Of a stretch of 64,000 bases of DNA, positions 41,471 through 50,355 are shown in pieces; within the stretch, counting starts at the first letter, position 1, and each line of letters begins with the position of its first letter. This stretch comes from an uncultured Microthrixaceae bacterium. GTDB lineage: Bacteria; Actinomycetota; Acidimicrobiia; Acidimicrobiales; DATDAH01. Under the pieces are notes generated by a model. The model worked only from the letters and a program-made list of their open reading frames with translations, searched no databases and was not told where the DNA came from. Made by a program: the position numbers and the translations under genes. Where the stretch lies: NCBI GenBank assembly GCA_963725155.1, contig CAVRXU010000002.1:492506-556505 (forward strand), given 5' to 3'.

Positions 41471-42052
41471 CTAGGTTGACGGCCCCGTCCGGTCCTCCGG
41501 CACGATCAGGGACGCCAAGGTGCGGACGAACTCGTCTTCGCCGACACCGGCGAACGGGCCGCCGTCCACGAGGCCGAACTGGTGGTAGCCGGCCAGCGCG
41601 GCCACGGTGACGAGCACGACCGGGTCGTCCATCCACGGGCCGAGGGCCTGCGACCCCCGGAGCGCAGCCACGATCGTGTCCCGCAGCTCCGGTACCCGGT
41701 CGCGTTCGGCGAGCAACAGGCGGAGCAACCGGTCGAAGCGGCGCATGTCGCGGAGCGTCTGCGTGGCCCGAGCGTCGAAGTCCTCCTGGGGGTCGTCCAG
41801 CACGGGCATCGATGCCCGGGCCTCGTGGACTTCGGCCATGCACCGCGCCGCCTCCCGCTCCACCGCGGCGGTCAGCAGCGCCTCCTTGGAGGGGAAGTGA
41901 CGGTAGAAGCTGCCGGTCCCCGCGGCGAGGCCGACCTGGCGTTCGATGTCGCTGATCGTGGTCCCCCGCACGCCCTGTTCGACGAACAGGTCGAGCGCGG
42001 CGTCGAGGATCCGCTCCCGGGTGGGCGGCGTCGGCTCTCGACGGGCGGGCAT
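41471..42052 (-). CDS. TetR/AcrR family transcriptional regulator
   Basis: RERILDAALDLFVEQGVRGTTISDIERQVGLAAGTGSFYRHFPSKEALL. Confidence 0.9.
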   Translation of the reverse strand: MPARREPTPPTRERILDAALDLFVEQGVRGTTISDIERQVGLAAGTGSFYRHFPSKEALLTAAVEREAARCMAEVHEARASMPVLDDPQEDFDARATQTLRDMRRFDRLLRLLLAERDRVPELRDTIVAALRGSQALGPWMDDPVVLVTVAALAGYHQFGLVDGGPFAGVGEDEFVRTLASLIVPEDRTGPST

Positions 42053-42082
42053 CCGGGCAGCATACGAACGCCTCCCGCCGGC

Positions 42083-44335
42083 CTACCCGTCGAGAGCGGT
42101 GAGGGTGCGCGCCCCCTCGCGCCCCTCGACCCGGTAGAAGGCGAGGTCGTTGGCGCCGGCCCGGAGGAAGTCGGGAACGAGCATCGCCTCCAACTGGTGG
42201 GGCACCCCGTTCTCCGGCCACGTGGTCACGACAGCCGCGACCCGGCCGTTCAGGGCGATGGCGACGGTGAGCTGGTCGCCGTCCGGCAGGCCCTCGACCC
42301 GACCGACGAGGTGGGTGCGGAGCACGCCGCTGGACGGATCGACGTCGGCCAAGACGTCGGGATCGTCGAGGACGACGGACAGGGGAGACGAGGATCTCGC
42401 GGTCAGGTCCTCGACGCGAGCGCCGACCAGCTCGCCCGCGTCGTCGATGTCGTAGACCCGATAGTCGGGGTTGTCCGTCCGGAACAGGGAGTCGACGGTC
42501 CGGTCGAGGGCTTCGGCGAACACCTCGGCCCCGTCGTAGGGCGTTGCCGGGCCCACCGTGGTCGGTCCGACCATCCCGCCGTCGAACGAGACGAGGTGGA
42601 AGCGCTTCTGGTCGTCCGGTCGACGCTCGGTGGACACGGCGATCCCGTCGACCGGCCATGGGATGTCGATGCCCAGCAGGTTGGCGAGGGTGGGCATCAC
42701 GTCGATGGTCTCGACGTTGTCGTCGTTGACCGCGCCCGGCTCGATGCCCGGGCCACGGAGGAGCATCGGCACGGGGAGCATGTCGGCGAACGCATCCTCG
42801 GTCATGTTCTCGGGTGTTGTCGGTCGGGGGGTGGCTCCGGGCTGGAGCCCCACCCCGTGGTCGGCGACGACCACGACGAGGGTGTCCTCGACGAGCCCGG
42901 TCTCCTGTAGTCGATCGAGGACGTCGCCGACCACTCGGTCGACGTACATGGCCTGGAGGACCAGGCGTTGGCGATCGACGTCGGCACCGGCCTGCTCGCT
43001 GCTCCTCGTGCCTGAGATCTCACTGATGCCCCCTGCCAGCGTGGCATCCGGGTCGTAGGTCTGGCCCGAGGGGAGGAAGTGGTACGGGGCATGGGGCAGG
43101 AGCAGGTGCAGGTAGTGGAGGGTCGGGTCCTCGCCCGGCTCGATCGAGTCGACGAGCTGGCCGACGGCATCGAGCTCGAGCACGGGGATCCCGGCCAGGC
43201 CGGCGGGGGCGAAGACCGGTGCCTCGCCCGCGGCCGCGTCGTCGACGGCGTCGTCGGCGCTCGGGCCCACCGTCGGCCGGGTCGTGGGCGGCGGCGTGGT
43301 CGTGGTCACGACACGGGCCTCCTGCTGCAGGGCGTCGACGGAGCTCACGGCCTCGGGGTCGGGGGAGACGAGGGTCCGGTAGGTGCCGGCCGCGTCATCG
43401 AGGAGGGCCCAGAGCCCATCGGGGGGCGACGGTGGCGGGGGTGGAGCGGGCTCGGCCGCGTCCTGCGGCGCGGGGTGGTCGACCAGCTGTCCGTCGCAGA
43501 GGTTGGGCGGGCACAGCCGGGCGGCCGTCTCGATCACGTCGAGGTCGAACTGGTTGGCCAGGAGGGTGAACAGGTTCTCCGGGTAGTCGCTGGCGACCGC
43601 CGTCCGGCTGCCGTCGGGGTAGCGGCCGGTGAGGATCGCCGGCACGGCGTAGGACGTGAACGTGGCGACGGTGGTGGCGTTCCGGTACCAGGTCCCCTCG
43701 TCGGCCAGGGCGGCCAGGTTGGGGTAGAGCTCCCGATCGATGGCCCCCTCCCGGTCCATCGCCATCTCGAGAGGCCATTCGTCGAGCTGCAGGAACACGA
43801 CCGAACGGGGCTGACGAGCCGGCGCGACGTCGGCGGCGGCGACCGCCTGGCCGTCCAGGAGGTCCGAGGTGGGGCTGGCCGTGAGGAAGACCCCGACGAA
43901 CAAGACCGGGGCCAGACCGAGGTAGAGCAGGAGGAGCCGGGCCGTCGGCAGCCCGCGGTAGGCGATGACCGCGAGGGCCGCCAGCCCGAGCGCGAGGAGG
44001 ACGGCGACCGCCCCGGCCGTCAGGTCGAGGTGCTTCACCAGCTGGAGGGCGAGGAGGGCCGACAGCCCGCCGAGGAAGGCGAGGTGCACGAGGGCCCGGG
44101 CCGACGGCACCACGATGCCGACCAGCACCTCGATCGTGAGCAGGACCAGCGTGGGCCCGAGGGCGACCACAAAGGCGAAGGCGATGATGGCGAAGCGGTC
44201 GCTGTCCCGGAAGAGGAAGACGTCGGGCGCGTTCCCGAACAGGTCGAGCAGCGGTTGGGTGATGGCCAGGCCGGTGAGGGCCAGGAGCTCCGCGGCCGAG
44301 CGCAACGTCGGCCGTGCCTCGGGACGTCGGCTCAC
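42083..44335 (-). CDS. membrane-anchored sulfatase/LtaS-like (alkaline-phosphatase superfamily) hydrolase or transferase
   Basis: GTG start in a GTGA overlap with the upstream stop (44332-44335). Five or so N-terminal TM segments. Extracytoplasmic domain with FLQLDEWP, HLLLPHAPY, VVVADHGVG. Confidence 0.75.
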   Translation of the reverse strand: MSRRPEARPTLRSAAELLALTGLAITQPLLDLFGNAPDVFLFRDSDRFAIIAFAFVVALGPTLVLLTIEVLVGIVVPSARALVHLAFLGGLSALLALQLVKHLDLTAGAVAVLLALGLAALAVIAYRGLPTARLLLLYLGLAPVLFVGVFLTASPTSDLLDGQAVAAADVAPARQPRSVVFLQLDEWPLEMAMDREGAIDRELYPNLAALADEGTWYRNATTVATFTSYAVPAILTGRYPDGSRTAVASDYPENLFTLLANQFDLDVIETAARLCPPNLCDGQLVDHPAPQDAAEPAPPPPPSPPDGLWALLDDAAGTYRTLVSPDPEAVSSVDALQQEARVVTTTTPPPTTRPTVGPSADDAVDDAAAGEAPVFAPAGLAGIPVLELDAVGQLVDSIEPGEDPTLHYLHLLLPHAPYHFLPSGQTYDPDATLAGGISEISGTRSSEQAGADVDRQRLVLQAMYVDRVVGDVLDRLQETGLVEDTLVVVVADHGVGLQPGATPRPTTPENMTEDAFADMLPVPMLLRGPGIEPGAVNDDNVETIDVMPTLANLLGIDIPWPVDGIAVSTERRPDDQKRFHLVSFDGGMVGPTTVGPATPYDGAEVFAEALDRTVDSLFRTDNPDYRVYDIDDAGELVGARVEDLTARSSSPLSVVLDDPDVLADVDPSSGVLRTHLVGRVEGLPDGDQLTVAIALNGRVAAVVTTWPENGVPHQLEAMLVPDFLRAGANDLAFYRVEGREGARTLTALDG

Positions 44336-45363
44336 GGCCAGATGATCCTGTCCCGCATCGACGAGCGCTCGAGCATCCCGTGGGTCTCCTCGCCGTCCCA
44401 GCGGTAGCGGACGGTGCACTGGGACAGCACCGGGAACTGCGGGTAGCCCTCCAGGCCGAGCTGATAGGTCGCGACGACGGTCTCGGCCTCGATGCGGGTG
44501 ATGCCGCCGGACGTCTCCAGCTCGAGGGACACATCCTCGCCGTTGCCGACCAGGTGCTGCAGCCACGGCGCCTTCCGGACCTTGGCCGGGATCAGCTCGC
44601 CGTCGCCTGCGAAGAGGTAACCCTCGTTGTAGGACTCGCTGCCGTCGGGCCGGGGCGGGTAGGCGATGTAGCCGAAGGCCCGCCCGCTCGGGAAGAGGGC
44701 CGACTGCCAGGCGTGGCCCCAGAACTCGGTGATGTCGCGGACGCCCTGGCGGCGGATGCGCAGTCCGCTGCCGGTGAACGGGTGCTCCTCGCCCCGGACC
44801 CGCACCGCGCCCGTTGCCCGGAACAGCTGCTCGAACCGCGGACCGCCCATGAGCTTGCCCTCGACGGAGGTGGCCAGCATCTCGGCCGCCTCGGGGAAGA
44901 GGGTGCCCTGGATCCAGGGTGGCACCGCCATCGTGGCCTCGACGTCGAACTCGAGGTCGACCATCGGGCCCTCGGTGTCCCCCGCGATCAGCGCCTCGGT
45001 CGAGGTCTCGACGGCCTGACCGCGGAACGTGGCCGTCCAGGTCGTGAACGGCTCGACCAGCCGGAACGCCAGCGGCCCGGTGCCGAGCACCGTGGGCCGC
45101 CCGTCCGGGCCCTGCGCCGGGTGGCTGGGGTAGGGGCCACGCAGCCGGTACACGCGGCCGTCGGCGAACCCGACGTTGACCTGGAGCTGGTGCTGGTCCC
45201 ACTCCTCAGCCAGGGCCTCCACGGCGAAGCGGGGCAGCTCGACCTCACCGCGGTCGTCGGCCACCCACATGTTGACGCCGTCCCGCATTCCCGGCTCGGC
45301 CGGGCGATCGGCGAAGACGAACTCCCGGTCGTCGTCGAGGCCACCGGTGAGGTCTGTGCTCAT
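44332..45363 (-). CDS. hypothetical protein (no recognisable motif)
   Basis: 343 aa. ATGA overlap with the sulfotransferase stop (45360-45363) and GTGA overlap with the downstream gene. Coding-like composition. Confidence 0.65.
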   Translation of the reverse strand: MSTDLTGGLDDDREFVFADRPAEPGMRDGVNMWVADDRGEVELPRFAVEALAEEWDQHQLQVNVGFADGRVYRLRGPYPSHPAQGPDGRPTVLGTGPLAFRLVEPFTTWTATFRGQAVETSTEALIAGDTEGPMVDLEFDVEATMAVPPWIQGTLFPEAAEMLATSVEGKLMGGPRFEQLFRATGAVRVRGEEHPFTGSGLRIRRQGVRDITEFWGHAWQSALFPSGRAFGYIAYPPRPDGSESYNEGYLFAGDGELIPAKVRKAPWLQHLVGNGEDVSLELETSGGITRIEAETVVATYQLGLEGYPQFPVLSQCTVRYRWDGEETHGMLERSSMRDRIIWP

Positions 45364-46520
45364 GGCTCGTGCTCCTGGTGTGCGGTCCATTGGGCCCGGC
45401 GGGCGTTGTAGGTCGAGAAGGCCGAGCGGACCTCGTCGAGGTCGAGGCCGAAGGCCGCCGGGTCGGGGTGGACGTTGGGCTCACGGTCCGCGGCGTGGCC
45501 CTGCCACCAGCGGGCCATGCCCGTCTCGAACGCCTGGCTCACCGGCTCGTCGAGCCAGGCGTAGAGGGCGCGCACCTCGGCGATCGGGTCCGCCTGCACG
45601 GCGCGGAAGTCGAGGTCGTAGAAGCGGTTGTCGGCGCCTGAGTCGCGGAAGGCGATGACCCGCTCCATCGCCGTGGACCAGTGCTCGAGGTTGAGGGCCC
45701 CGAGGTAAGCGGGGTCGAGGACATCGTTGAACTGGCTGCCGACTTCGGCGTACAGGTCGGCGACCGACACCAGGACCTCGGTCGGATCCCGGTGGGTCAT
45801 GACGAAGCGGGCGTCGGGGAAGGCGCGGTCGAGGTGGTCGAGGAAGAGGAGATGCGTCGGGCACTTCAGCCGCCACGGCTTCGCCGGATTTCCCCACTGG
45901 AGCAGCTTCAGCACCCGGCGCTCGTACTGGTAGGTCGACGTGAGGTCGGCATCCAGCAGCCAGCGGGAGTACGAGGGGATGTAGGCGAAGGCCTGGAAGT
46001 AGTGGGCCTTGAAGTCCAGGGCCATGAGGTCCTGGCACTCCTCGGGTCCGGTCGCCGTCGACGGCAGGAGGTCGGCCAGACGCGGCGCCAGCTTGTCCCG
46101 GTGGGCGTTCTCCGCCTCGGCCTGGGCGATCCGGGGATCCGGGCTCTCTACCGTCGAGGGCGGCGGGCAGGGCCGCTTCGCCTCCCAGGCGCGCAGCGAC
46201 CGGGCGTCGGGATCCTCGGCCAGCAGGAATGAGAGCGCGGTCGAGCCGGTGCGGGGCAACCCGAGCCCGATCAGCGGGGCCTCGATCGGCTCTTCGTCGA
46301 TCTCGGGGTGCCGGCGGTACCACTCCTCGATCTGCAGGCGGTGGGTCAGCAGGTTCACGATCAGATAGGGCACGGCCGCCTGACCCACGGCGTTCATCGA
46401 GGCCTCGTCCCGCAACGAGCGGACCAGCCGTTCGAGCCCTTCGAGGAACGAGTCGTCGCCGAAGTCATCGAGCCCGGTCGCACCCCGCGCCGCGGCCAGG
46501 AGCTCCTCGTGTGCGGTCAT
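45360..46520 (-). CDS. sulfotransferase family protein (second one in the window)
   Basis: 5'-PSB loop LGLPRTGSTALSFLL. 3'-PB region FVMTHRDPTEVLVS. Confidence 0.8.
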   Translation of the reverse strand: MTAHEELLAAARGATGLDDFGDDSFLEGLERLVRSLRDEASMNAVGQAAVPYLIVNLLTHRLQIEEWYRRHPEIDEEPIEAPLIGLGLPRTGSTALSFLLAEDPDARSLRAWEAKRPCPPPSTVESPDPRIAQAEAENAHRDKLAPRLADLLPSTATGPEECQDLMALDFKAHYFQAFAYIPSYSRWLLDADLTSTYQYERRVLKLLQWGNPAKPWRLKCPTHLLFLDHLDRAFPDARFVMTHRDPTEVLVSVADLYAEVGSQFNDVLDPAYLGALNLEHWSTAMERVIAFRDSGADNRFYDLDFRAVQADPIAEVRALYAWLDEPVSQAFETGMARWWQGHAADREPNVHPDPAAFGLDLDEVRSAFSTYNARRAQWTAHQEHEP

Positions 46521-46612
46521 CCGCCGCCCCCTGTCGTCCGTCCCACTGTGGAGATTGGTGGCCGCACCATGACACGAACGGCCTGGGGCGGACCGTTGAC
46601 CCGCTCATTTTG

Positions 46613-46629
46613 GTGTCATAGCCTGACAC
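46613..46629. promoter_or_regulatory. palindrome in the divergent sulfotransferase/P450 intergenic region (candidate TetR-type operator)
   Basis: GTGTCA-tagcc-TGACAC. A further TGACACGAA copy lies at about 46570-46578. Confidence 0.4.
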
Positions 46630-46651
46630 GAAATATCACCGAGGGGGTCTT

Positions 46652-47857
46652 GTGGCCGTCACCAGCCCGAGCGACGTGTACTACGACCCCTACGACGTCG
46701 TCATCGACGCCGATCCGTACCCGACGTTCCGTCGGCTGCGGGACGAGGCGCCGCTGTACTTCAACGAGCCGCTCGACTTCTACGCCGTCAGCCGCTTCGA
46801 GGACGTCGAGCGCGGCCTCAAGGATCCCGCGACCTACATCTCCGGCCGCGGCGGGATCCTCGAGTTGATCAAGGCGGGCATCGAGATGCCACCCGGGATC
46901 CTCATCTTCGAGGACCCCCCGACCCACACGATCCACCGGCGGCTGCTGTCCCGGATGTTCACGCCCAAGCGCGTCGCCGATCTCGAGCCGAAGATCCGCG
47001 AGTTCTGCGCCGACAGCCTCGACCCGCTCGTCGGGACCGGTCGGTTCGACTTCATCGCCGACCTCGGCGCCCAGATGCCGATGCGCACGATCGGGATGCT
47101 GCTCGGCATCCCCGAGGCCGACCAGGTGGCCATCCGCGACCACGTCGACCGGAGCCTGGCCACCGAGGCAGGAGAGCCGATGAAGGTCGCCGACGGCTTC
47201 GTCACCGGCGAGATGTTCGAGGAGTACATCGACTGGCGGGCCGAGAACCCCTCCGACGACATCATGACCGAGCTCCTCCATGCCGAGTTCGAGGACGAGA
47301 CCGGGACGGTCCGGCGCCTCGCCAAGGCCGAGGTCATGACCTACGTCACGGTGGTCGCCGGCGCCGGCAACGAGACCACCGCCCGGCTGATCGGCTGGGC
47401 CGGCAAGGTCCTGGCCGACCACCCGGATCAGCGGCGGGAGCTCGTCGAGGACCGGTCCCTGATCCCCAATGCCATCGAGGAGCTCCTCCGCTTCGAGCCG
47501 CCCGCCCCGCACGTCGGGCGTTACGTGGCCCGGGACGTCGAGCTCCACGGACAGACGGTGCCGGCGGGCAGCGCCATGCTGTTCCTGGTCGGTTCGGCCA
47601 ATCGGGACGACCGGCGGTTCCCCGACGGCGACCGGTTCGACATCCACCGCCAGGACGGTCCCCACATCACCTTCGGCTACGGCATCCACTTCTGCCTCGG
47701 GGCCGCATTGGCCCGGCTGGAGGGTCGGGTGGCCCTCGACGAGGTCCTCTCGCGGTTCCCCGAGTGGGAGGTCGAAACCGACCGCGCCGTGCTCGCTCCC
47801 ACGTCCACGGTCCGTGGGTGGGAATCACTTCCGGTCATCACACCGACCGGGGTCTGA
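46652..47857 (+). CDS. cytochrome P450
   Basis: Heme loop FGYGIHFCLGAALAR, I-helix VVAGAGNETTA, ExxR ELLRF. Confidence 0.95.
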   Translation: MAVTSPSDVYYDPYDVVIDADPYPTFRRLRDEAPLYFNEPLDFYAVSRFEDVERGLKDPATYISGRGGILELIKAGIEMPPGILIFEDPPTHTIHRRLLSRMFTPKRVADLEPKIREFCADSLDPLVGTGRFDFIADLGAQMPMRTIGMLLGIPEADQVAIRDHVDRSLATEAGEPMKVADGFVTGEMFEEYIDWRAENPSDDIMTELLHAEFEDETGTVRRLAKAEVMTYVTVVAGAGNETTARLIGWAGKVLADHPDQRRELVEDRSLIPNAIEELLRFEPPAPHVGRYVARDVELHGQTVPAGSAMLFLVGSANRDDRRFPDGDRFDIHRQDGPHITFGYGIHFCLGAALARLEGRVALDEVLSRFPEWEVETDRAVLAPTSTVRGWESLPVITPTGV

Positions 47858-47875
47858 CAGGACGGAGGTCCGAAC

Positions 47876-48610
47876 ATGGGTGAACTGGAGGGCAAGGTCG
47901 CGGTCATCACCGGGGCCGGTTCGGGAATGGGCAGGGCATCGGTCGAGGTCTTCGTCCGCGAGGGCGCCACGGTGGTGGCCGCGGACGTCACCGGGGCCGA
48001 GCAGGACACGGCTGCCGCGGTCGGCGGCGACGTCCTGGCGGTGCACTGCGACGTCACCCAGGAGGCCGATGTCGAGGCGATGATCGCCACGACCGTCGAG
48101 GCCCACGGTCGGGTGGACGCGCTGCTCAACGTGGCCGGCATCGCCGACGCCTGCATGATCGCCGACATCACCATGGAGCACTACGACCGGTTGATGGACG
48201 TCGACCTGCGGGGCGTGGTGCTCGGGATGAAGCACGGCATCCGGGCCATGCTCGAGACCGGCGGGGGTTCGATCGTGAACTGGTCCTCGCTGGGCGGACT
48301 GGGCGGGTCGCCGTACACCGGCGTGTACACGATGGCCAAGCACGGTGTCGTCGGGGCCACGAAGGTGGGCGCGATCGAGTACGGCCCCAAGGGGATCCGG
48401 ATCAACGCCGTCTGCCCCGGCTTCATCGTCACCGCGATGTCGGCCGGCGCCGAGAACCTCCCGGAGTACCAGGGCAAGGCCGCGCTCGGCCGGGTCGGCC
48501 AGCCCGAGGAGGTGGCCGAAGTCGGCGCCTTCCTGGCGTCGGACCGGGCGTCGTTCGTCAGCGGGGCCTGCATCCCCGTCGACGGGGGCTGGGGCGCGAA
48601 GCTGGCCTGA
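47876..48610 (+). CDS. short-chain dehydrogenase/reductase (SDR)
   Basis: TGAGSGMG cofactor motif, NVAG, YTMAKHG (YxxxK). Confidence 0.9.
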   Translation: MGELEGKVAVITGAGSGMGRASVEVFVREGATVVAADVTGAEQDTAAAVGGDVLAVHCDVTQEADVEAMIATTVEAHGRVDALLNVAGIADACMIADITMEHYDRLMDVDLRGVVLGMKHGIRAMLETGGGSIVNWSSLGGLGGSPYTGVYTMAKHGVVGATKVGAIEYGPKGIRINAVCPGFIVTAMSAGAENLPEYQGKAALGRVGQPEEVAEVGAFLASDRASFVSGACIPVDGGWGAKLA

Positions 48611-48614
48611 CCCG

Positions 48615-49226
48615 ATGGCCGACCTGACCGAGGCTCGCGTCCCCCGCAAGTACGACGGCGCCCAGCGCCGTCAGCAGGTGGCGGCGTCGCGGGATCGGAT
48701 CGTCGCGGCCGGGGTGGATCTGCTCCTCGCCTCCTCGATCCGGGACTGGCGGGCGTTGACGATCCGGGCCGTGGCCGAGGGGGCCGGGGTGAGCGAGCGG
48801 ACCGTCTACCGGCAGTTCGGTGACCAGCGGGGGCTGCGGGACGCGGTGATGCACCGGTTGGAGGAGGACGCGGGGGTCGATCTGGGCGGCCTGACGCTCG
48901 AGGACGTCGCCGGCCACACCACCCGGGTCCTCGAACATGTCGCCTCGTACCCCCTCGAGCCCCGTCCGCCGCTGGATCCGACCCTCACCGACGCCCATCA
49001 GCGCCAACGTCAGGCGTTGCTGGCCGCGGTCGCCGAGCACACCGCTGACTGGGCTGAGCCGGAGCGGGCCGCGGCCGCGGCCATGTTCGACGTGCTCTGG
49101 AGCGTCGGGTCCTACGAGCGACTGGTGGTCGACTGGCAGATCGAGAGCGACGAGGCGATCCGGGTCATCGCCTGGGTCATCGGCCTCGTCGAGCGCGCCA
49201 TCCGCGAAGGTGACCGCCCGAGCTGA
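48615..49226 (+). CDS. TetR family transcriptional regulator
   Basis: Start trimmed to MADLTEARV (ATG 48615). HTH LTIRAVAEGAGVSERTVYRQFGDQRGL. Confidence 0.8.
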   Translation: MADLTEARVPRKYDGAQRRQQVAASRDRIVAAGVDLLLASSIRDWRALTIRAVAEGAGVSERTVYRQFGDQRGLRDAVMHRLEEDAGVDLGGLTLEDVAGHTTRVLEHVASYPLEPRPPLDPTLTDAHQRQRQALLAAVAEHTADWAEPERAAAAAMFDVLWSVGSYERLVVDWQIESDEAIRVIAWVIGLVERAIREGDRPS

Positions 49227-49262
49227 GTCGGCCGCACCGTGGGCGCCTGAGAGACTGGCGCC

Positions 49263-50231
49263 GTGTTCCTCATGCGCTTCGACTTGCGGGCCCCCGGCCC
49301 GACGCCGGCAGCCGACCTCTACGCCGCCGCCCTCGACATGGCCGAGTGGGCCGAGGACAAGGGTTGTCTCGGCGTTGTCATCTCTGAGCACCATGGGTCC
49401 GAGGACGGCTACCTGCCTTCCCCGCTGGTGATGGCCGCCGCAGTGGCGGCGCGGACGTCGAACGTCGGCATCAGCATCGCCGCCCTGCTCCTGTTGATGT
49501 ACGACCCGATCAAGCTGGCCGAGGACCTCAACGTCCTCGACCACCTGAGCCGGGGCCGGGTCCTGCCGATCATCGGGCTCGGGTACCGGCCCGAGGAGTT
49601 CGCCATGTTCGGCATCGACCCGCGGCAGCGCGGCGCGGAGATGGAGGAGCGGCTCGAGGTGCTGCAGGCCGCCTTGGCGGGCGAGACCGTGACCTGGCGG
49701 GGCCGCACCGGGGCCGTTCGGCCCCTGCCTTACACCGATGGGGGCATGAAGCTGGCGTACGGCGGCGGCTCTCCTGCCGCGGCCCGCCGTGCCGCGCGCT
49801 TCGGCCTCGACTTCATCGGCGAGGCCGACCGACCGGACTTGGCCGAGGTCTATGGGGACGAGGCCGAGCGGGTCGGCCGCCCGCCGGGAGGCTGCATGAT
49901 CCCGTCGGGGGGATCACCGAGCTCGGTCTTCATCGCCGAGGACGTGGACGCGGCGTGGGCCGAGATCGGGCCCCATCTTCTCCACGACGCCGTGGAGTAC
50001 GCGGCGTGGCTGGGCGACGACCACGACGCGGTCACCCGCTCGCGGGCCACGACGGTCGAGGAGCTCCGTGCCGAAGGCGGGAGCTATCGCATCCTGACCC
50101 CGGACGAGGCGGTCGAGCTGATCGGCACCAGCGGCTACCTCGGCCTGCAGCCCCTCTGTGGCGGTCTCGCCCCCGATGCCGCCTGGCGGTCCTTGCGGCT
50201 GCTCGAGACCGATGTCCTCCCTCGGATCTGA
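49263..50231 (+). CDS. LLM-class (luciferase-like) flavin-dependent oxidoreductase
   Basis: VVISEHHGSEDGYLPSP, LAEDLNVLDHLSRGRV, GLGYRPEEF. Start GTG 49263 or ATG 49272. Confidence 0.75.
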   Translation: MFLMRFDLRAPGPTPAADLYAAALDMAEWAEDKGCLGVVISEHHGSEDGYLPSPLVMAAAVAARTSNVGISIAALLLLMYDPIKLAEDLNVLDHLSRGRVLPIIGLGYRPEEFAMFGIDPRQRGAEMEERLEVLQAALAGETVTWRGRTGAVRPLPYTDGGMKLAYGGGSPAAARRAARFGLDFIGEADRPDLAEVYGDEAERVGRPPGGCMIPSGGSPSSVFIAEDVDAAWAEIGPHLLHDAVEYAAWLGDDHDAVTRSRATTVEELRAEGGSYRILTPDEAVELIGTSGYLGLQPLCGGLAPDAAWRSLRLLETDVLPRI

Positions 50232-50355
50232 CGCCGCCCCTCCTGGTGGAATCGTGGTTCTCGTTTGAGAAGGGGCGCTTTGCCGCGAGGAAGGACGCAC
50301 CTACAGTCAGCGCAGAGCGCTTGCGCCGGGAGCGCACCCGACGAGGGGGACAGAC

